Source of the DNA: a virus | Direction: 5' to 3' (one strand) | Virus record (IMG/VR): IMGVR_UViG_3300043446_004488 | Location: 12,457-76,456 of that record | Length of the DNA: 64,000 bases | Shown here: positions 10,038-19,867 of the stretch, in pieces | Numbering within the stretch: the stretch's first letter is position 1 | How the letters are laid out: each line of letters begins with the position of its first letter | Made by a program: the position numbers and the translations under genes | The notes under the pieces: generated by a model | Told to the model about the DNA's origin: nothing | Seen by the model: only the letters and a program-made list of their open reading frames with translations | The model's database searches: none

Positions 10038-11725
10038 TATGCTACAGTATTCAGAAGTACTCTCTTATAAAAACTATTTAACAGTTCCTGTTCAGAAGGA
10101 CCAGGAAGAATCATAGATTCTGTCTCTGTAGGTTGCATCATCCTCTGCATTTGTTGAGGAATAGGTAATGGAATAACTTCACCCCTTTTATATGGACTTG
10201 GAGAATAATTTGTATAAGAAGCAACCTCTCTTAATTTTGGTGGAGGAGTTGTTAATCCAAAAGAAGATCTTGCTGTTTTATAATTAAGGTTCCCCTTTCC
10301 AGAAATCACATTTTGTTTTTTTAAAAACTCTAAAGGATTTACTGTTCCAGAAAATCCAGATGTTCCTGGTTTTCTATATTCTAAATGAGTTACTCCTGTG
10401 GGACCTTCTCCAGTAGAAATTACTTGTCCTGGTGCTACTCTTGCTCCAACTTTAATTCCTGGTGCAAGAGATCCAAGTTCTGCCAATCTTTCAATATATC
10501 CAGTTGGTGTCATAATATCTACAAAAGTATAATATCCTCCAGGGTTATTACCAATATAATTTACAGTTCCTCCTAGAAATGTAACTTGCTTGTCTCTTGG
10601 TCCTAAATCCAAATCTACTCCAGCGTGTTGTCTTCCTGGTCTTGGATCTCCATACTGTTGTCCAGAAATAGTGCCAGTTCTATATTGCCCAACTTGTTGC
10701 ATTTCTCCTGGAACTATCGGACCTGGAGGAACTATTGGAGATGGAGGAGTGACTGTAAATGAATATGAAGAAAACTTATTGACTACCTTTTCATATTTGT
10801 CTAATGAACTTGCAAAAGATTTATTTCCAAATGTCCCTGATGATTTATTGGCACCAGTAATCATATCTACCAATCCACCAGCAAGTGATCCCCCTAACCA
10901 AGCACCAGCACCACCAACAACAGCACCAATAATTGCTCCAGGAATTGCTCCAACTCCACCAAAAGCAGATCCAATAGCAGCACCTAATGCTGCTCCTGCT
11001 TGAAATCCTGCATAAGCACCTATTGCTCCCGCTCCTGCTCCAAGTCCTGCTTGTAAAATATTTTGCCCCTCTTGTCTTCTATTTTGAAAATCCCAAGCTG
11101 CCAAGGCAACATTTAATATTGGACCAAGAAATCTAAGTCCACCTCTACCAACTCCTTCTGCAGATTCTCCTACTCCTCTTGCAGTTGCTCTTTCTCCAGA
11201 ACCTAATACTTTAGTTTCTGTAGATGGAACTTTAGCAACTTCAACAGATTTTATAACTCCCCTCATTAAAGCACTTCCACCCATTTTTAAAAGTTTTGGT
11301 CCAAATAAAATAGATGCAGCAGTCAATCCAGGTCCAATTGTTCCCATTACATCTCCCCTTGCCAATTTAGTTACAGAATTAAATACAGCAAGTTGTGCTA
11401 TTGACTTTAATGGGTCTGCATTTGGTTTAAAAAATGTTCCAACAAAAGGTTTTATTTTTGGAAAAATTCCTTTTGATTTATCCTTCTTTCTTTTTTCTAA
11501 TCTCTTTTCATTATCTTTATTGATTGCATCTAATCTTTTTTTATACCTATTAAGAACAGATAATTGTGTTCTTTTTTGATAAGTATTTGTTTCAAATAAT
11601 TTTCTTAACTTGATTGATGTTTTTTTAGATTGATTAGAAACTTTGACAAGATTGTTTATTTTAGATACTTTAACAACAATTCTTGGTTTTACTGCTGGTG
11701 CATTTAAAAGTGTTTGAGTATCCAT
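10037..11725 (-). CDS. Tape-measure-like tail protein with M23 peptidase domain
   Basis: Basic coiled N-terminus, Gly/Ala-rich hydrophobic segment, HAGVD...HLEY M23 motifs. Confidence 0.7.
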   Translation of the reverse strand: MDTQTLLNAPAVKPRIVVKVSKINNLVKVSNQSKKTSIKLRKLFETNTYQKRTQLSVLNRYKKRLDAINKDNEKRLEKRKKDKSKGIFPKIKPFVGTFFKPNADPLKSIAQLAVFNSVTKLARGDVMGTIGPGLTAASILFGPKLLKMGGSALMRGVIKSVEVAKVPSTETKVLGSGERATARGVGESAEGVGRGGLRFLGPILNVALAAWDFQNRRQEGQNILQAGLGAGAGAIGAYAGFQAGAALGAAIGSAFGGVGAIPGAIIGAVVGGAGAWLGGSLAGGLVDMITGANKSSGTFGNKSFASSLDKYEKVVNKFSSYSFTVTPPSPIVPPGPIVPGEMQQVGQYRTGTISGQQYGDPRPGRQHAGVDLDLGPRDKQVTFLGGTVNYIGNNPGGYYTFVDIMTPTGYIERLAELGSLAPGIKVGARVAPGQVISTGEGPTGVTHLEYRKPGTSGFSGTVNPLEFLKKQNVISGKGNLNYKTARSSFGLTTPPPKLREVASYTNYSPSPYKRGEVIPLPIPQQMQRMMQPTETESMILPGPSEQELLNSFYKRVLLNTVA

Positions 11726-11728
11726 TTA

Positions 11729-13357
11729 TCAAACAATCTGATAGATTAATTTTGAATATAATGCTAAAAAGTTTTCAGAATAAGTTGTATTGATTGCAGG
11801 AACTACATCATTATTTGAAATTGATGATGATGTTTGAGGAGATTCAGTTTCTCCAACAGAAAGAGGAACTATTGTTGGTCCACTTCTCATTGGGGGTGCA
11901 GTCAATGCTAATCTCCCACGAGATGAAGTTGGAGGAGGCAAAATTGGTGCTGGTGGAGGAGTTGTAGAAGATCCACCCTTTCCATATAAATTTAAAACAT
12001 CTCTAGCAAATGCAATTCTATTAATATCCATTGCTTCTGCTTCACTTGGCCTTTCATATTGCTTTCTAAAAATAACAGCAGCAGATTCAAGATTTTTTTG
12101 AGATTGTAATGTGGATAGACTTAATCCACCTTCACTAGTAGATAATTCTTTATAAATGAATTGCAATTGTGTTTGAAAATCATTAGGACTTAATCCTTTT
12201 TCCTTTGCAAATCTTTCCAAATTTCTCCATCTATTTTGATCCCATTGAGCAATTCCTTTCATTCCTATTGAATTTGTCAAAGTTGGATCCATTGCACGAT
12301 TTTCTTGTAAAAGATTTCCAACTATTCCTGCAGAAACTTGTGGAGATAATCCCTTACTTTGAAAATAAGAAAATGCTTGTTGAGATCTTGTTGATCCAGA
12401 AAAAGATCCTGAAGTGTCTATATTTCCATCACCAGGATCTCCTCCTCCTCTACTTAAAAGACGATCTACAGATTGTTCAAACTTTTTGTTTATTTCATCA
12501 AACTTCTTCAATAGATCAGCAGGCATTAATAAATCTGCTCCACCTTCACCCTCTTGCTTTGGGGTTATAATATCTTGAACTCTTTGTGCTTGTCCTCCAC
12601 CACCAAAGATTTTACTTCCAATAGCAAATGCAGCAGTAGCAAGACCTGCTCCTAATGCCAATCTCCCACCACCTCTTGCTAATCCTGCTAATGGTCTTGC
12701 TCCTCTGGAAAATCCTCCTGTTGCTCTTGCTCCACCTTTAAAAATACTTTGAACTACTTTTCCACCAACAGCCATTCCAATAGCAGGAAGATAAGATGCT
12801 GTGATTCCAGTCAATCCTCCCAATATTTTTATTGGATTTCCTGTCATTATGCCTTCAAGAATATTCAATCCAGCAAGTGATCTAATAGCACCTCCTGCCC
12901 CACTGAAAAATGATCCTACATACTTTTTAATAAGTCCAGCAAGATCAGTTTTCCTATCTCCAAATTCTTTCTTTCCTAAAGTTCTTCCTCTATTCGCTAT
13001 TCTTTTTCTATATTCTTCAACTTCCTTTTTATTAATTTCTTTTGTAGTTTTGAAATCATCTTTAATGATTTCTGAAATTCTACTTAAATTATTATTAACT
13101 ATTTCAAGATCTAAAGTTAATTTTCCTAATGAAGATATAACTCTTCTGGGAACTTCTATATTTTCTTGTATTGCTTTTTGTTCTACATCTTGATCATTAG
13201 AAATCTTTTGGATTACATCTCCAGGAAGAGATCTTTTAGGAATAATTCCAGATAAACTAGTAAACTTATATTTAATTTTTTTCGAAGTGAATCCAGATTC
13301 TTTAGATGCTCCTAAGAATTTTTTAATTCTTTCTTTTTTTAAATCTTCTGAATTCAT
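11729..13357 (-). CDS. Tape-measure-like tail protein with phage tail lysozyme domain
   Basis: GLSPQVSAGIVGNLLQE...GIAQW...QLQFIYKEL...YERP matches the phage tail lysozyme family. Confidence 0.7.
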   Translation of the reverse strand: MNSEDLKKERIKKFLGASKESGFTSKKIKYKFTSLSGIIPKRSLPGDVIQKISNDQDVEQKAIQENIEVPRRVISSLGKLTLDLEIVNNNLSRISEIIKDDFKTTKEINKKEVEEYRKRIANRGRTLGKKEFGDRKTDLAGLIKKYVGSFFSGAGGAIRSLAGLNILEGIMTGNPIKILGGLTGITASYLPAIGMAVGGKVVQSIFKGGARATGGFSRGARPLAGLARGGGRLALGAGLATAAFAIGSKIFGGGGQAQRVQDIITPKQEGEGGADLLMPADLLKKFDEINKKFEQSVDRLLSRGGGDPGDGNIDTSGSFSGSTRSQQAFSYFQSKGLSPQVSAGIVGNLLQENRAMDPTLTNSIGMKGIAQWDQNRWRNLERFAKEKGLSPNDFQTQLQFIYKELSTSEGGLSLSTLQSQKNLESAAVIFRKQYERPSEAEAMDINRIAFARDVLNLYGKGGSSTTPPPAPILPPPTSSRGRLALTAPPMRSGPTIVPLSVGETESPQTSSSISNNDVVPAINTTYSENFLALYSKLIYQIV

Positions 13358-13515
13358 CTATTTGCCTTAGCTGCTTTTTCTTCCTCTTCTTTAATATGAT
13401 TTTCTAACAAAGCTAAGTAGATCTCACGTTCCCAAGGCATCATACTTTCAATATCACTCAAAGAGTATTTATGATACTGCATGAGAGCGAAATTGATCCT
13501 ATAGTATGATTCCAA
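13354..13515 (-). CDS. gp51: Baseplate hub assembly protein gp51 (start uncertain; possibly made as a gp26 frameshift extension)
   Basis: Read manually: (SHED)LESYYRINFALMQYHKYSLSDIESMMPWEREIYLALL; TTG at 13513-13515, first ATG at 13480-13482; frame stays open into the end of gp26. Confidence 0.8.
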   Translation of the reverse strand: MESYYRINFALMQYHKYSLSDIESMMPWEREIYLALLENHIKEEEEKAAKANR

Positions 13516-13532
13516 ATCTTCATGACTAATGA

Positions 13533-14264
13533 CTATCCGAAAAAACTGGACAAACCCTCCAAAACTATTTCACTTTCAACACCAGTTTTTGGATTTGTAA
13601 CTTTTAAAGTATGAGAAAGTTTGGGCATAGTTTCAAAAAAGTTTTCAATTTTTTTGAATTGATTTGAATCAAATGTCCCTAACCATTCAACAATTTCCTT
13701 TTTAGTTACATCACTTGCTGACCAAGATTCATCTTTTGTATAAACCATATCAATGCAAGATGCTACAATTTCAAAAGATTTGTTGATAGTATCTTCACTA
13801 TTAGATGAATTTTTAAAATCAAAATTGTTGTCAATAAATTCTTGAAGTGATGGATACTTCATCTTAATGACAATGGTATCATCAACTTTTATTTCTGAAG
13901 TATGATTCTCTGGAATAACAACCTCAATTTCATCAATATTTACAACTTCTTCAACTTGAGTTTCTCCATCATCAGGGCAAGTAACAATTAATTCTACTGA
14001 TTCACCAACTGACTTCGCTCTAATATTTAAGAACAAATATTCAATATCAAAACTTGGAAGTGAATCAATCTTAATTCCTCTGGTTAAAATGCAATTTTTT
14101 AATACATCCTTAACTGCATTTGTAATCTGAGTAGTATCACCACTCTCCATAGCAATAATTAGAATTTTTTCTTCTTTAACAAGAAATGGTCTATACTTAA
14201 CTGCTTTTTTATTTGAAGGTAGAATCAACTCATAAGTTGGAGTTACAATCTTTGGTAAAGGCAT
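13533..14264 (-). CDS. gp26: Baseplate hub assembly protein gp26
   Basis: MPLPKIVTPTYEL...YRPFLVKEEKIL...FDIEYLFLNIRAKSVGE...LEGLSSFF. Confidence 0.9.
   Translation of the reverse strand: MPLPKIVTPTYELILPSNKKAVKYRPFLVKEEKILIIAMESGDTTQITNAVKDVLKNCILTRGIKIDSLPSFDIEYLFLNIRAKSVGESVELIVTCPDDGETQVEEVVNIDEIEVVIPENHTSEIKVDDTIVIKMKYPSLQEFIDNNFDFKNSSNSEDTINKSFEIVASCIDMVYTKDESWSASDVTKKEIVEWLGTFDSNQFKKIENFFETMPKLSHTLKVTNPKTGVESEIVLEGLSSFFG
13539..13560 (-). other. Candidate -1 programmed ribosomal frameshift signal
   Basis: T TTT TTC heptamer (13545-13539) in gp26 frame, GGAGG 10 nt upstream (13560-13556); -1 frame continues into gp51. Confidence 0.55.
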
Positions 14265-14293
14265 TTTAAAATATACAATTCAGGTGTGATTAT

Positions 14294-14962
14294 TTATGGT
14301 GTAACTACTGATGCTTTATATCTTTGTCCAGCATGTTGTTGAATGGTGTACCTATCATAATTAAATGTAATAGACATTCTTAAAACAGAAGATTGATCAA
14401 ATGAAACTGGAATAGCACTTACATTAGTTGGATAAGCATTAATTAATGTATATGTAATTGAATTTGGGTCATTCAATCCACCACCTTCTTTTAATCTTTC
14501 ACTTGAAGGTCTTATATCCCTTTCATATTTTATAATGTTAATATTTTTTTTGTATGTATTTGGATATGCAAATTTAAAGTATGAGGTTTGTTGAAGTTCT
14601 CCCCCATTTAATGGAGATATACTTCTAACCCAATCATCAAAATATCCAATTGTTTGATAGCTTGATTGAACATAAAAACTAATATCTACTGGAGAAAAAG
14701 TTCTTCTGTTTGCAAATGTTTCAGTAACTCCTTGCCTATCTCCAAATACATCTGTAGTTTGAAAAGATGTTCCTGGAAGTGATGCTTCATAAGCTAAAAA
14801 AGAAACTGGGGTTGCACTGGCAGCATTTCTATCATCTTTAATATTAACTGCAAAAGTAGACGACAGTGATAGAGATCCTAAAATACCATAAATGACTTCA
14901 TCAGTATATTTGTTGTAAAGATCTGTATTAATATAAGAACTGTTTGGTGATACTGCTACCAT
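14294..14962 (-). CDS. Tail-tube-fold protein (gp19/gp54-like)
   Basis: LPG...ISFYV...YTLINAYPTNVSAIPVSF...ITFNYD pattern of tail tube family. Confidence 0.65.
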   Translation of the reverse strand: MVAVSPNSSYINTDLYNKYTDEVIYGILGSLSLSSTFAVNIKDDRNAASATPVSFLAYEASLPGTSFQTTDVFGDRQGVTETFANRRTFSPVDISFYVQSSYQTIGYFDDWVRSISPLNGGELQQTSYFKFAYPNTYKKNINIIKYERDIRPSSERLKEGGGLNDPNSITYTLINAYPTNVSAIPVSFDQSSVLRMSITFNYDRYTIQQHAGQRYKASVVTP

Positions 14963-14993
14963 CTAAATACTTTGAAGTGCCTATATTATATGT

Positions 14994-15428
14994 ATGAGCT
15001 ATAAGGGAATATATAAACCTTCAAATCCACAAAAGTATATTGGTGACCCAAACAATATTATTTACAGGTCTTTGTGGGAAAGAAAGTTTATGTATTATTG
15101 TGATGTAAATGAAAATATTTTGAAGTGGGCTTCAGAGGAAATCTGGATTCCTTATGTATCCCCAATAGACAGAAGAGTTCACAAATATTATCCTGACTTT
15201 TATATTAAGTATAAAGATTCAAAGGGAAATCTTAAAGAAAGTTTGATTGAAGTCAAACCAAAAAGGCAAGTTGAAGGTCCTAAACCACAAAAAAGAATGA
15301 CTCAAAAGCAAATGTATGAGATCAAAGAGTTTGCAAAGAATCAAGCAAAGTGGAAATCTGCAAAAGAATTTTGTGCTGATAGAAGATGGGAGTTTCAGAT
15401 TCTAACGGAGGATAATCTTGGCATATAA
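14994..15428 (+). CDS. gp4: Head completion nuclease gp4
   Basis: KYIGDPNNIIYRSLWE...YYPDF...IEVKP motifs. Confidence 0.9.
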   Translation: MSYKGIYKPSNPQKYIGDPNNIIYRSLWERKFMYYCDVNENILKWASEEIWIPYVSPIDRRVHKYYPDFYIKYKDSKGNLKESLIEVKPKRQVEGPKPQKRMTQKQMYEIKEFAKNQAKWKSAKEFCADRRWEFQILTEDNLGI

Positions 15429-15957
15429 AACACTCTTTGAACAAATACAAGAAAAGACTGGGGGTAAAAGTAAATCCAGAGAATGGTATAGAAGAGAGTT
15501 AGAAAATGCTGCACCAAAAAATATCATCACGGATGAAAGGTCTGATGATGTTGGAGATGTGTTTGAACGTGATGAAAACAAAGTCACATCATTTCCAAGA
15601 TTATACAATCTAATGTACTATGATTATAAAGCAAAGTGGAGAAGAGATCTTCCTTACTATGACAAACATCCTTTAGTATTTGTTCTAGAAATAGATGGTA
15701 AATCATTCTTTGGAGTCAATCTACACTACTATTCTCCAGAAGAACGTATGGGAATTGCTATGACACTGGCAGAAGATAGGATTCCAAGGTTTACCAAAGG
15801 AGCACATAAATACTTATTATCAGAGGTAAGAAGTCCTTATCTTATTTTAGCACAGCAAGAATGGCAAACCATGTGTCTACTACCAGTAGAAGAATTTGTA
15901 AGGGACTTGGGTGGGGTAGAAATACCAATTCAATCGCAAAGAGTGTGGGGTAGATAA
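15418..15957 (+). CDS. gp2: DNA end protector gp2
   Basis: YKAK...LPYYDKHPLV...FFGVNLHY motifs; follows gp4. Confidence 0.8.
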   Translation: MAYKTLFEQIQEKTGGKSKSREWYRRELENAAPKNIITDERSDDVGDVFERDENKVTSFPRLYNLMYYDYKAKWRRDLPYYDKHPLVFVLEIDGKSFFGVNLHYYSPEERMGIAMTLAEDRIPRFTKGAHKYLLSEVRSPYLILAQQEWQTMCLLPVEEFVRDLGGVEIPIQSQRVWGR

Positions 15958-17289
15958 ATGGCAACACCAAACACTGATCCAAGTGCTGCTCAATATACTC
16001 CAGGACCAAACGGAAGTTCATCTACTGGAGGAGAAACTCAAATTTCTTCTGATGCTATTCCAACCAGCGAATCTTTATATCAAGAAGATAACAATTATGG
16101 AAATCTTTATTACCCAGAAGATATTGGAAAAACTCCAAATCAAGATTATGTTTATATAACTCAATATAGATATAAAAGTCCAGATTTTCTCAGTGTAGGA
16201 GGAAATAATGGAGATATTAATAAAATTTTAAGTGGTTATTTATCAACATTTCAAGACATTGCATACACAGATGTTTTAGGATCTGTCACTTTGCCCATGG
16301 TCAACAATTTAACTGAAACAAATCAAACTGGATGGGGGTCTGATAATTTATCTTCTATTGCTGCTGCATTAATGACTGGTGGTGCTGAAGCAGTTGCAAA
16401 AGCAGGAGGAGGAGATATTATTGGATCTGCTGGAGAATTAATAGGAACTCTTAAAGATACACTTACAAACACTGGAGTAGAAGGAAGAACAAAAACATAT
16501 TTAACTACAAGAGCTGCTGCAAGTGTAATTCAAAAAATAGGAATTCAAATTAATCCTGAGTCATACATTACAAGAGCAACTGGAACAATTCCAAATCCAA
16601 ACTTAGAACTTTTATTTAATGGACCAAAATTAAGATCATTTGAAATGGCATTCAAACTAACTCCAAGAAGTTCTAAAGAAGCATTCCAAATAAGAAAAAT
16701 TATTAAATTTTTTAAAAAAGGAATGTCTCCAAGAAGAAGTTTGCAGTCAGAGCAATCCTTTTTCTTAGGAACTCCAAATGTTTTTAAAGTTCAATTTAAG
16801 TCTGCAGAAAATAACCTTGGAAGTTTAGTTGAATATAAAACTTGTGCATTAGTAACTTGCCAAGTTAATTATACTCCTGATGGATTTTATGCAGCTTATA
16901 TTGATCCAAATACAGGATCTCAACCAATTGCAGTTACCCTTCAATTAGGATTTGCTGAACTTACTCCAGTATATAATGATCAATATAATTTAAATTCTGA
17001 CACTGTTGGTCCAGATAGAGGAACATCCAAGAATCCTGGATTTGAAGCATTCCAGTATGAAATACCTGAAAGATCAACAACAACACCACCTACATCTACT
17101 GAGGCTGTTTCAGGAAATCCATCACTCAATCAAAGATCAGGAAGAGCACCAGTTCTTGGTGGAGAAGGAACTGCAAGAAGAGCTGGAGAACAAGGAGTAT
17201 ATTCTGAATGGAACGAAAAGTTTTTAAGAAGAGAAACTACATTAACTTTCCAACAATATAAACAACGTTTTTATCCAAATTTACCATAA
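15958..17289 (+). CDS. gp48: Baseplate tail-tube cap gp48
   Basis: NPNLELLFNGPKLRSF...LTPRSSKEA...VNYTPDG motifs. Confidence 0.85.
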   Translation: MATPNTDPSAAQYTPGPNGSSSTGGETQISSDAIPTSESLYQEDNNYGNLYYPEDIGKTPNQDYVYITQYRYKSPDFLSVGGNNGDINKILSGYLSTFQDIAYTDVLGSVTLPMVNNLTETNQTGWGSDNLSSIAAALMTGGAEAVAKAGGGDIIGSAGELIGTLKDTLTNTGVEGRTKTYLTTRAAASVIQKIGIQINPESYITRATGTIPNPNLELLFNGPKLRSFEMAFKLTPRSSKEAFQIRKIIKFFKKGMSPRRSLQSEQSFFLGTPNVFKVQFKSAENNLGSLVEYKTCALVTCQVNYTPDGFYAAYIDPNTGSQPIAVTLQLGFAELTPVYNDQYNLNSDTVGPDRGTSKNPGFEAFQYEIPERSTTTPPTSTEAVSGNPSLNQRSGRAPVLGGEGTARRAGEQGVYSEWNEKFLRRETTLTFQQYKQRFYPNLP

Positions 17290-17292
17290 GAA

Positions 17293-17955
17293 ATGACATA
17301 TTTCAGAGAAGTATCGGACTTACTTTATCAGTCCCAACAACCAAACAGAAACTCTTCATATGATTATGCAAGAGTCAAAAATCTCTTTAGAAGAGCAAAA
17401 ATTCGTGATGACTTCTTTCAAAATGCCACCGTCTTTACAAAATACAAAATCATTGGAGAAGAACGTCCTGAACAAGTAGCAGAAAAACTTTATGGAAGTC
17501 CTACTTATGATTGGGTAGTTCTTATCTCAAATAACATTCTAAATGTAAGAACTGAATGGCCACTGTCTGATTCAGAGTTCTCAACATACTTAGAAAGAAA
17601 ATATACAGAAGCAGAACTTACATCTCCACATCACTATGAAACTACTGCAGTAATTGATTCAAGAGGGAAACTCATCATTCCTGCAGGTAAAATTGTAGAT
17701 TCTGATTTCTCAATTACATATACTGACGACTTATCTGGACTTACCCTCACAGAGAATCCAGTCAAACTTGTAAGTATATATGAATATGAGATTGCACAGA
17801 ATGATAAGAAAAGAAATATCTATGTTCTTCGTCAAAGATTCTTACAAACTGCAATTGATGATATGAGAAGAATTATGTCTTATGGATTCTCTTCACAATA
17901 TGTAGATGATAATACTAAAAAGGGAGAGAACTTAAGAGTTCTCTCCCCAAGATAA
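17293..17955 (+). CDS. gp53: Baseplate wedge gp53
   Basis: ERPEQVAEKLYG...DWVVLISNNI...EWPL...HHYET. Confidence 0.9.
   Translation: MTYFREVSDLLYQSQQPNRNSSYDYARVKNLFRRAKIRDDFFQNATVFTKYKIIGEERPEQVAEKLYGSPTYDWVVLISNNILNVRTEWPLSDSEFSTYLERKYTEAELTSPHHYETTAVIDSRGKLIIPAGKIVDSDFSITYTDDLSGLTLTENPVKLVSIYEYEIAQNDKKRNIYVLRQRFLQTAIDDMRRIMSYGFSSQYVDDNTKKGENLRVLSPR
17917..17947 (-). terminator. Intrinsic terminator for the gp32 transcript, inside the gp53 coding end
   Basis: GGGAGAGAAC-N6-GTTCTCTCCC stem followed by a T run on the minus strand. Confidence 0.7.
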
Positions 17956-18873
17956 TCATTCCTCAGCTAGCCTCTGGAAATAACTCAGAGTATCATCTTC
18001 TTCTTCAAAAGATGCAGAACGACTTTGTGATGGAGTTCCACCAGACTTTCCCTGCACAACCTCCTCTACAGTAGGAGAAGGTCCACGATCATCGTCCTCG
18101 TCTTCAAAGGATTCATCTACAGGTTTGGATACTTTTTGACCAAGAACAGATTTCAGACGAGTAGAAAGTTGTTCATAGGTTTTCATCTTCTCTGGATCAG
18201 TAAATTCTACAAGAGAATAAGTTTTCTTCCAGACAGATTCCATAGCATCATCATCATCAAAGAGTGGTGCCTGATCACCAAACTCTGATTTATCATAGTT
18301 CCAATAACCATCCTTCTTGGTAATCTTCAGTTTGAAGTTTGCACCTTGCCAGAAGTCAAAAGGATTGATTGGAGTTTCGTCATCAAACTCAGGTTGCATA
18401 GCAGCCATAATCTTATCAAAGATTTTCTTACCATACTTGTAAAGAAAAACTTTTCCTTCATTTTCTGGATGTGCTTTGTCCTGAACAACATAGATATTGG
18501 AATAGTAAGACAATTTGCGCTTACGATCACGAACAATATCTTGATTTGCTTTACTGCCAGTATTCCAAAGTTCACGATTTGCTTCGCAAACTGGGCAGTT
18601 CTGATTGATGGTAGTCAGACAGTTATCAATAAACCATCCACCAGTACCTTGAAAGGCGTGGGTATAGACTTTTGCCCAAGGAAGATCTTCCCCCTGTGGT
18701 GCAGACAGAAAACGAATTACTGCAAATCCATTTCCTGATTTATCTACTTCTGGTTTCCAGAAACGATCATCTGTAGATCCACTAGATGATGAATTCATTT
18801 TCTCTACTTCTTGAACAAGTTTAGAAGTCAGAGAACCCAGAGTAGATTTCTTTTTAAGTTCAGTAAACGACAT
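17956..18873 (-). CDS. gp32: Single-stranded DNA-binding protein gp32
   Basis: DDRFWKPEVDKSGNGFAVIRFL...CPVCE...GANFKLKI...NYDKSEF; acidic tail. Confidence 0.95.
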   Translation of the reverse strand: MSFTELKKKSTLGSLTSKLVQEVEKMNSSSSGSTDDRFWKPEVDKSGNGFAVIRFLSAPQGEDLPWAKVYTHAFQGTGGWFIDNCLTTINQNCPVCEANRELWNTGSKANQDIVRDRKRKLSYYSNIYVVQDKAHPENEGKVFLYKYGKKIFDKIMAAMQPEFDDETPINPFDFWQGANFKLKITKKDGYWNYDKSEFGDQAPLFDDDDAMESVWKKTYSLVEFTDPEKMKTYEQLSTRLKSVLGQKVSKPVDESFEDEDDDRGPSPTVEEVVQGKSGGTPSQSRSASFEEEDDTLSYFQRLAEE

Positions 18874-18921
18874 TGGATTACCTCGGATTGATTGGATTAA
18901 TTGGATTGTTTATCCACAGAT

Positions 18922-18950
18922 ATCATAACAAAGCGAAGGTTATCTGTCAA
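18922..18950 (-). promoter_or_regulatory. sigma70-type promoter of gp32
   Basis: TTGACA-N17-TATGAT. Confidence 0.75.
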
Positions 18951-19275
18951 CCTCCGCTTCCCTTTTAATTTTCTTAATGACATTCTGCATATTATCAAAC
19001 AACTTATTCATGTCTGATGGATCTCCATATCCCAAAAGTCTTGATGACTCTATAATTCTTTCCTTCATTTCAATTGCCTTAGGATCATCAGAAAGAGTCA
19101 ATCTTGTATACAATATCTTTTGCTTCTCTAACAAATCAGACAGAAGATTTACATGTTCCATCTTCTCATCCTTAGACATAATAGGGAATCTCAATACGCT
19201 TCTTGTCAATTCCCTTTGAAGTCTTTCAATAGTCTTCATTTCATTCTGAACAATCTCTGAATCAAAGAAATCCAT
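18940..19275 (-). CDS. Conserved cyanomyovirus protein (DUF1825-like)
   Basis: MDFFDSEIVQ...KQKILYTRLTLSDDP; usual position between gp59 and gp32. Confidence 0.7.
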   Translation of the reverse strand: MDFFDSEIVQNEMKTIERLQRELTRSVLRFPIMSKDEKMEHVNLLSDLLEKQKILYTRLTLSDDPKAIEMKERIIESSRLLGYGDPSDMNKLFDNMQNVIKKIKREAEVDR

Positions 19276-19276
19276 A

Positions 19277-19867
19277 TTACCTCTCTACAATACTCTTTAG
19301 AACTTTTTTATAGCTCTTTACATCAGTATTTAGAAATGGTGAATACTTTTGTATCTTTAAAGACACTATCTCCCATACTGGATCTAAAAGTTGTTGGTCA
19401 AATTTATTCCTGAAGAGGAAAATTTTATTCCAAATAGTAAATGTTTCTATACAAATATTTCCACTCAGGAATTTTTTAAGAATGATTGGATGTTGCCTTG
19501 AGGCATCAAGAATTTCCTCCAGGTTGCCTTCAGACAACAAACTTTCAGATTCCTGTTTGAAGATATACATCAAACTCTGTTGTCTTTTCATCCATTCTTT
19601 ATAACAACTCTCACCTTCTCTAATCAGTTGACCAATCCAAACTGCTTGTGGATTATCTAAAGCAACAAAGTTTGAGAGAAAAAAATCTTTTACCTCATCA
19701 TCATTCTTCTGTCTACTGATTCTTTCAAACCAATACTTATCTTTGCGTTTATTGAATGATTCTACTGATGCTCTTGACTTACCTGCATATTTGAAGTAAT
19801 CATACTTTGGTTTACTGAAATGATTTTTGAGTGCCAGATAAATTTTATAGGCATCAAAAGGTGTCAT
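19277..19867 (-). CDS. gp59: Helicase loader gp59
   Basis: YLALKNHF...YDYFKY...KRKDKYWF. Confidence 0.9.
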   Translation of the reverse strand: MTPFDAYKIYLALKNHFSKPKYDYFKYAGKSRASVESFNKRKDKYWFERISRQKNDDEVKDFFLSNFVALDNPQAVWIGQLIREGESCYKEWMKRQQSLMYIFKQESESLLSEGNLEEILDASRQHPIILKKFLSGNICIETFTIWNKIFLFRNKFDQQLLDPVWEIVSLKIQKYSPFLNTDVKSYKKVLKSIVER

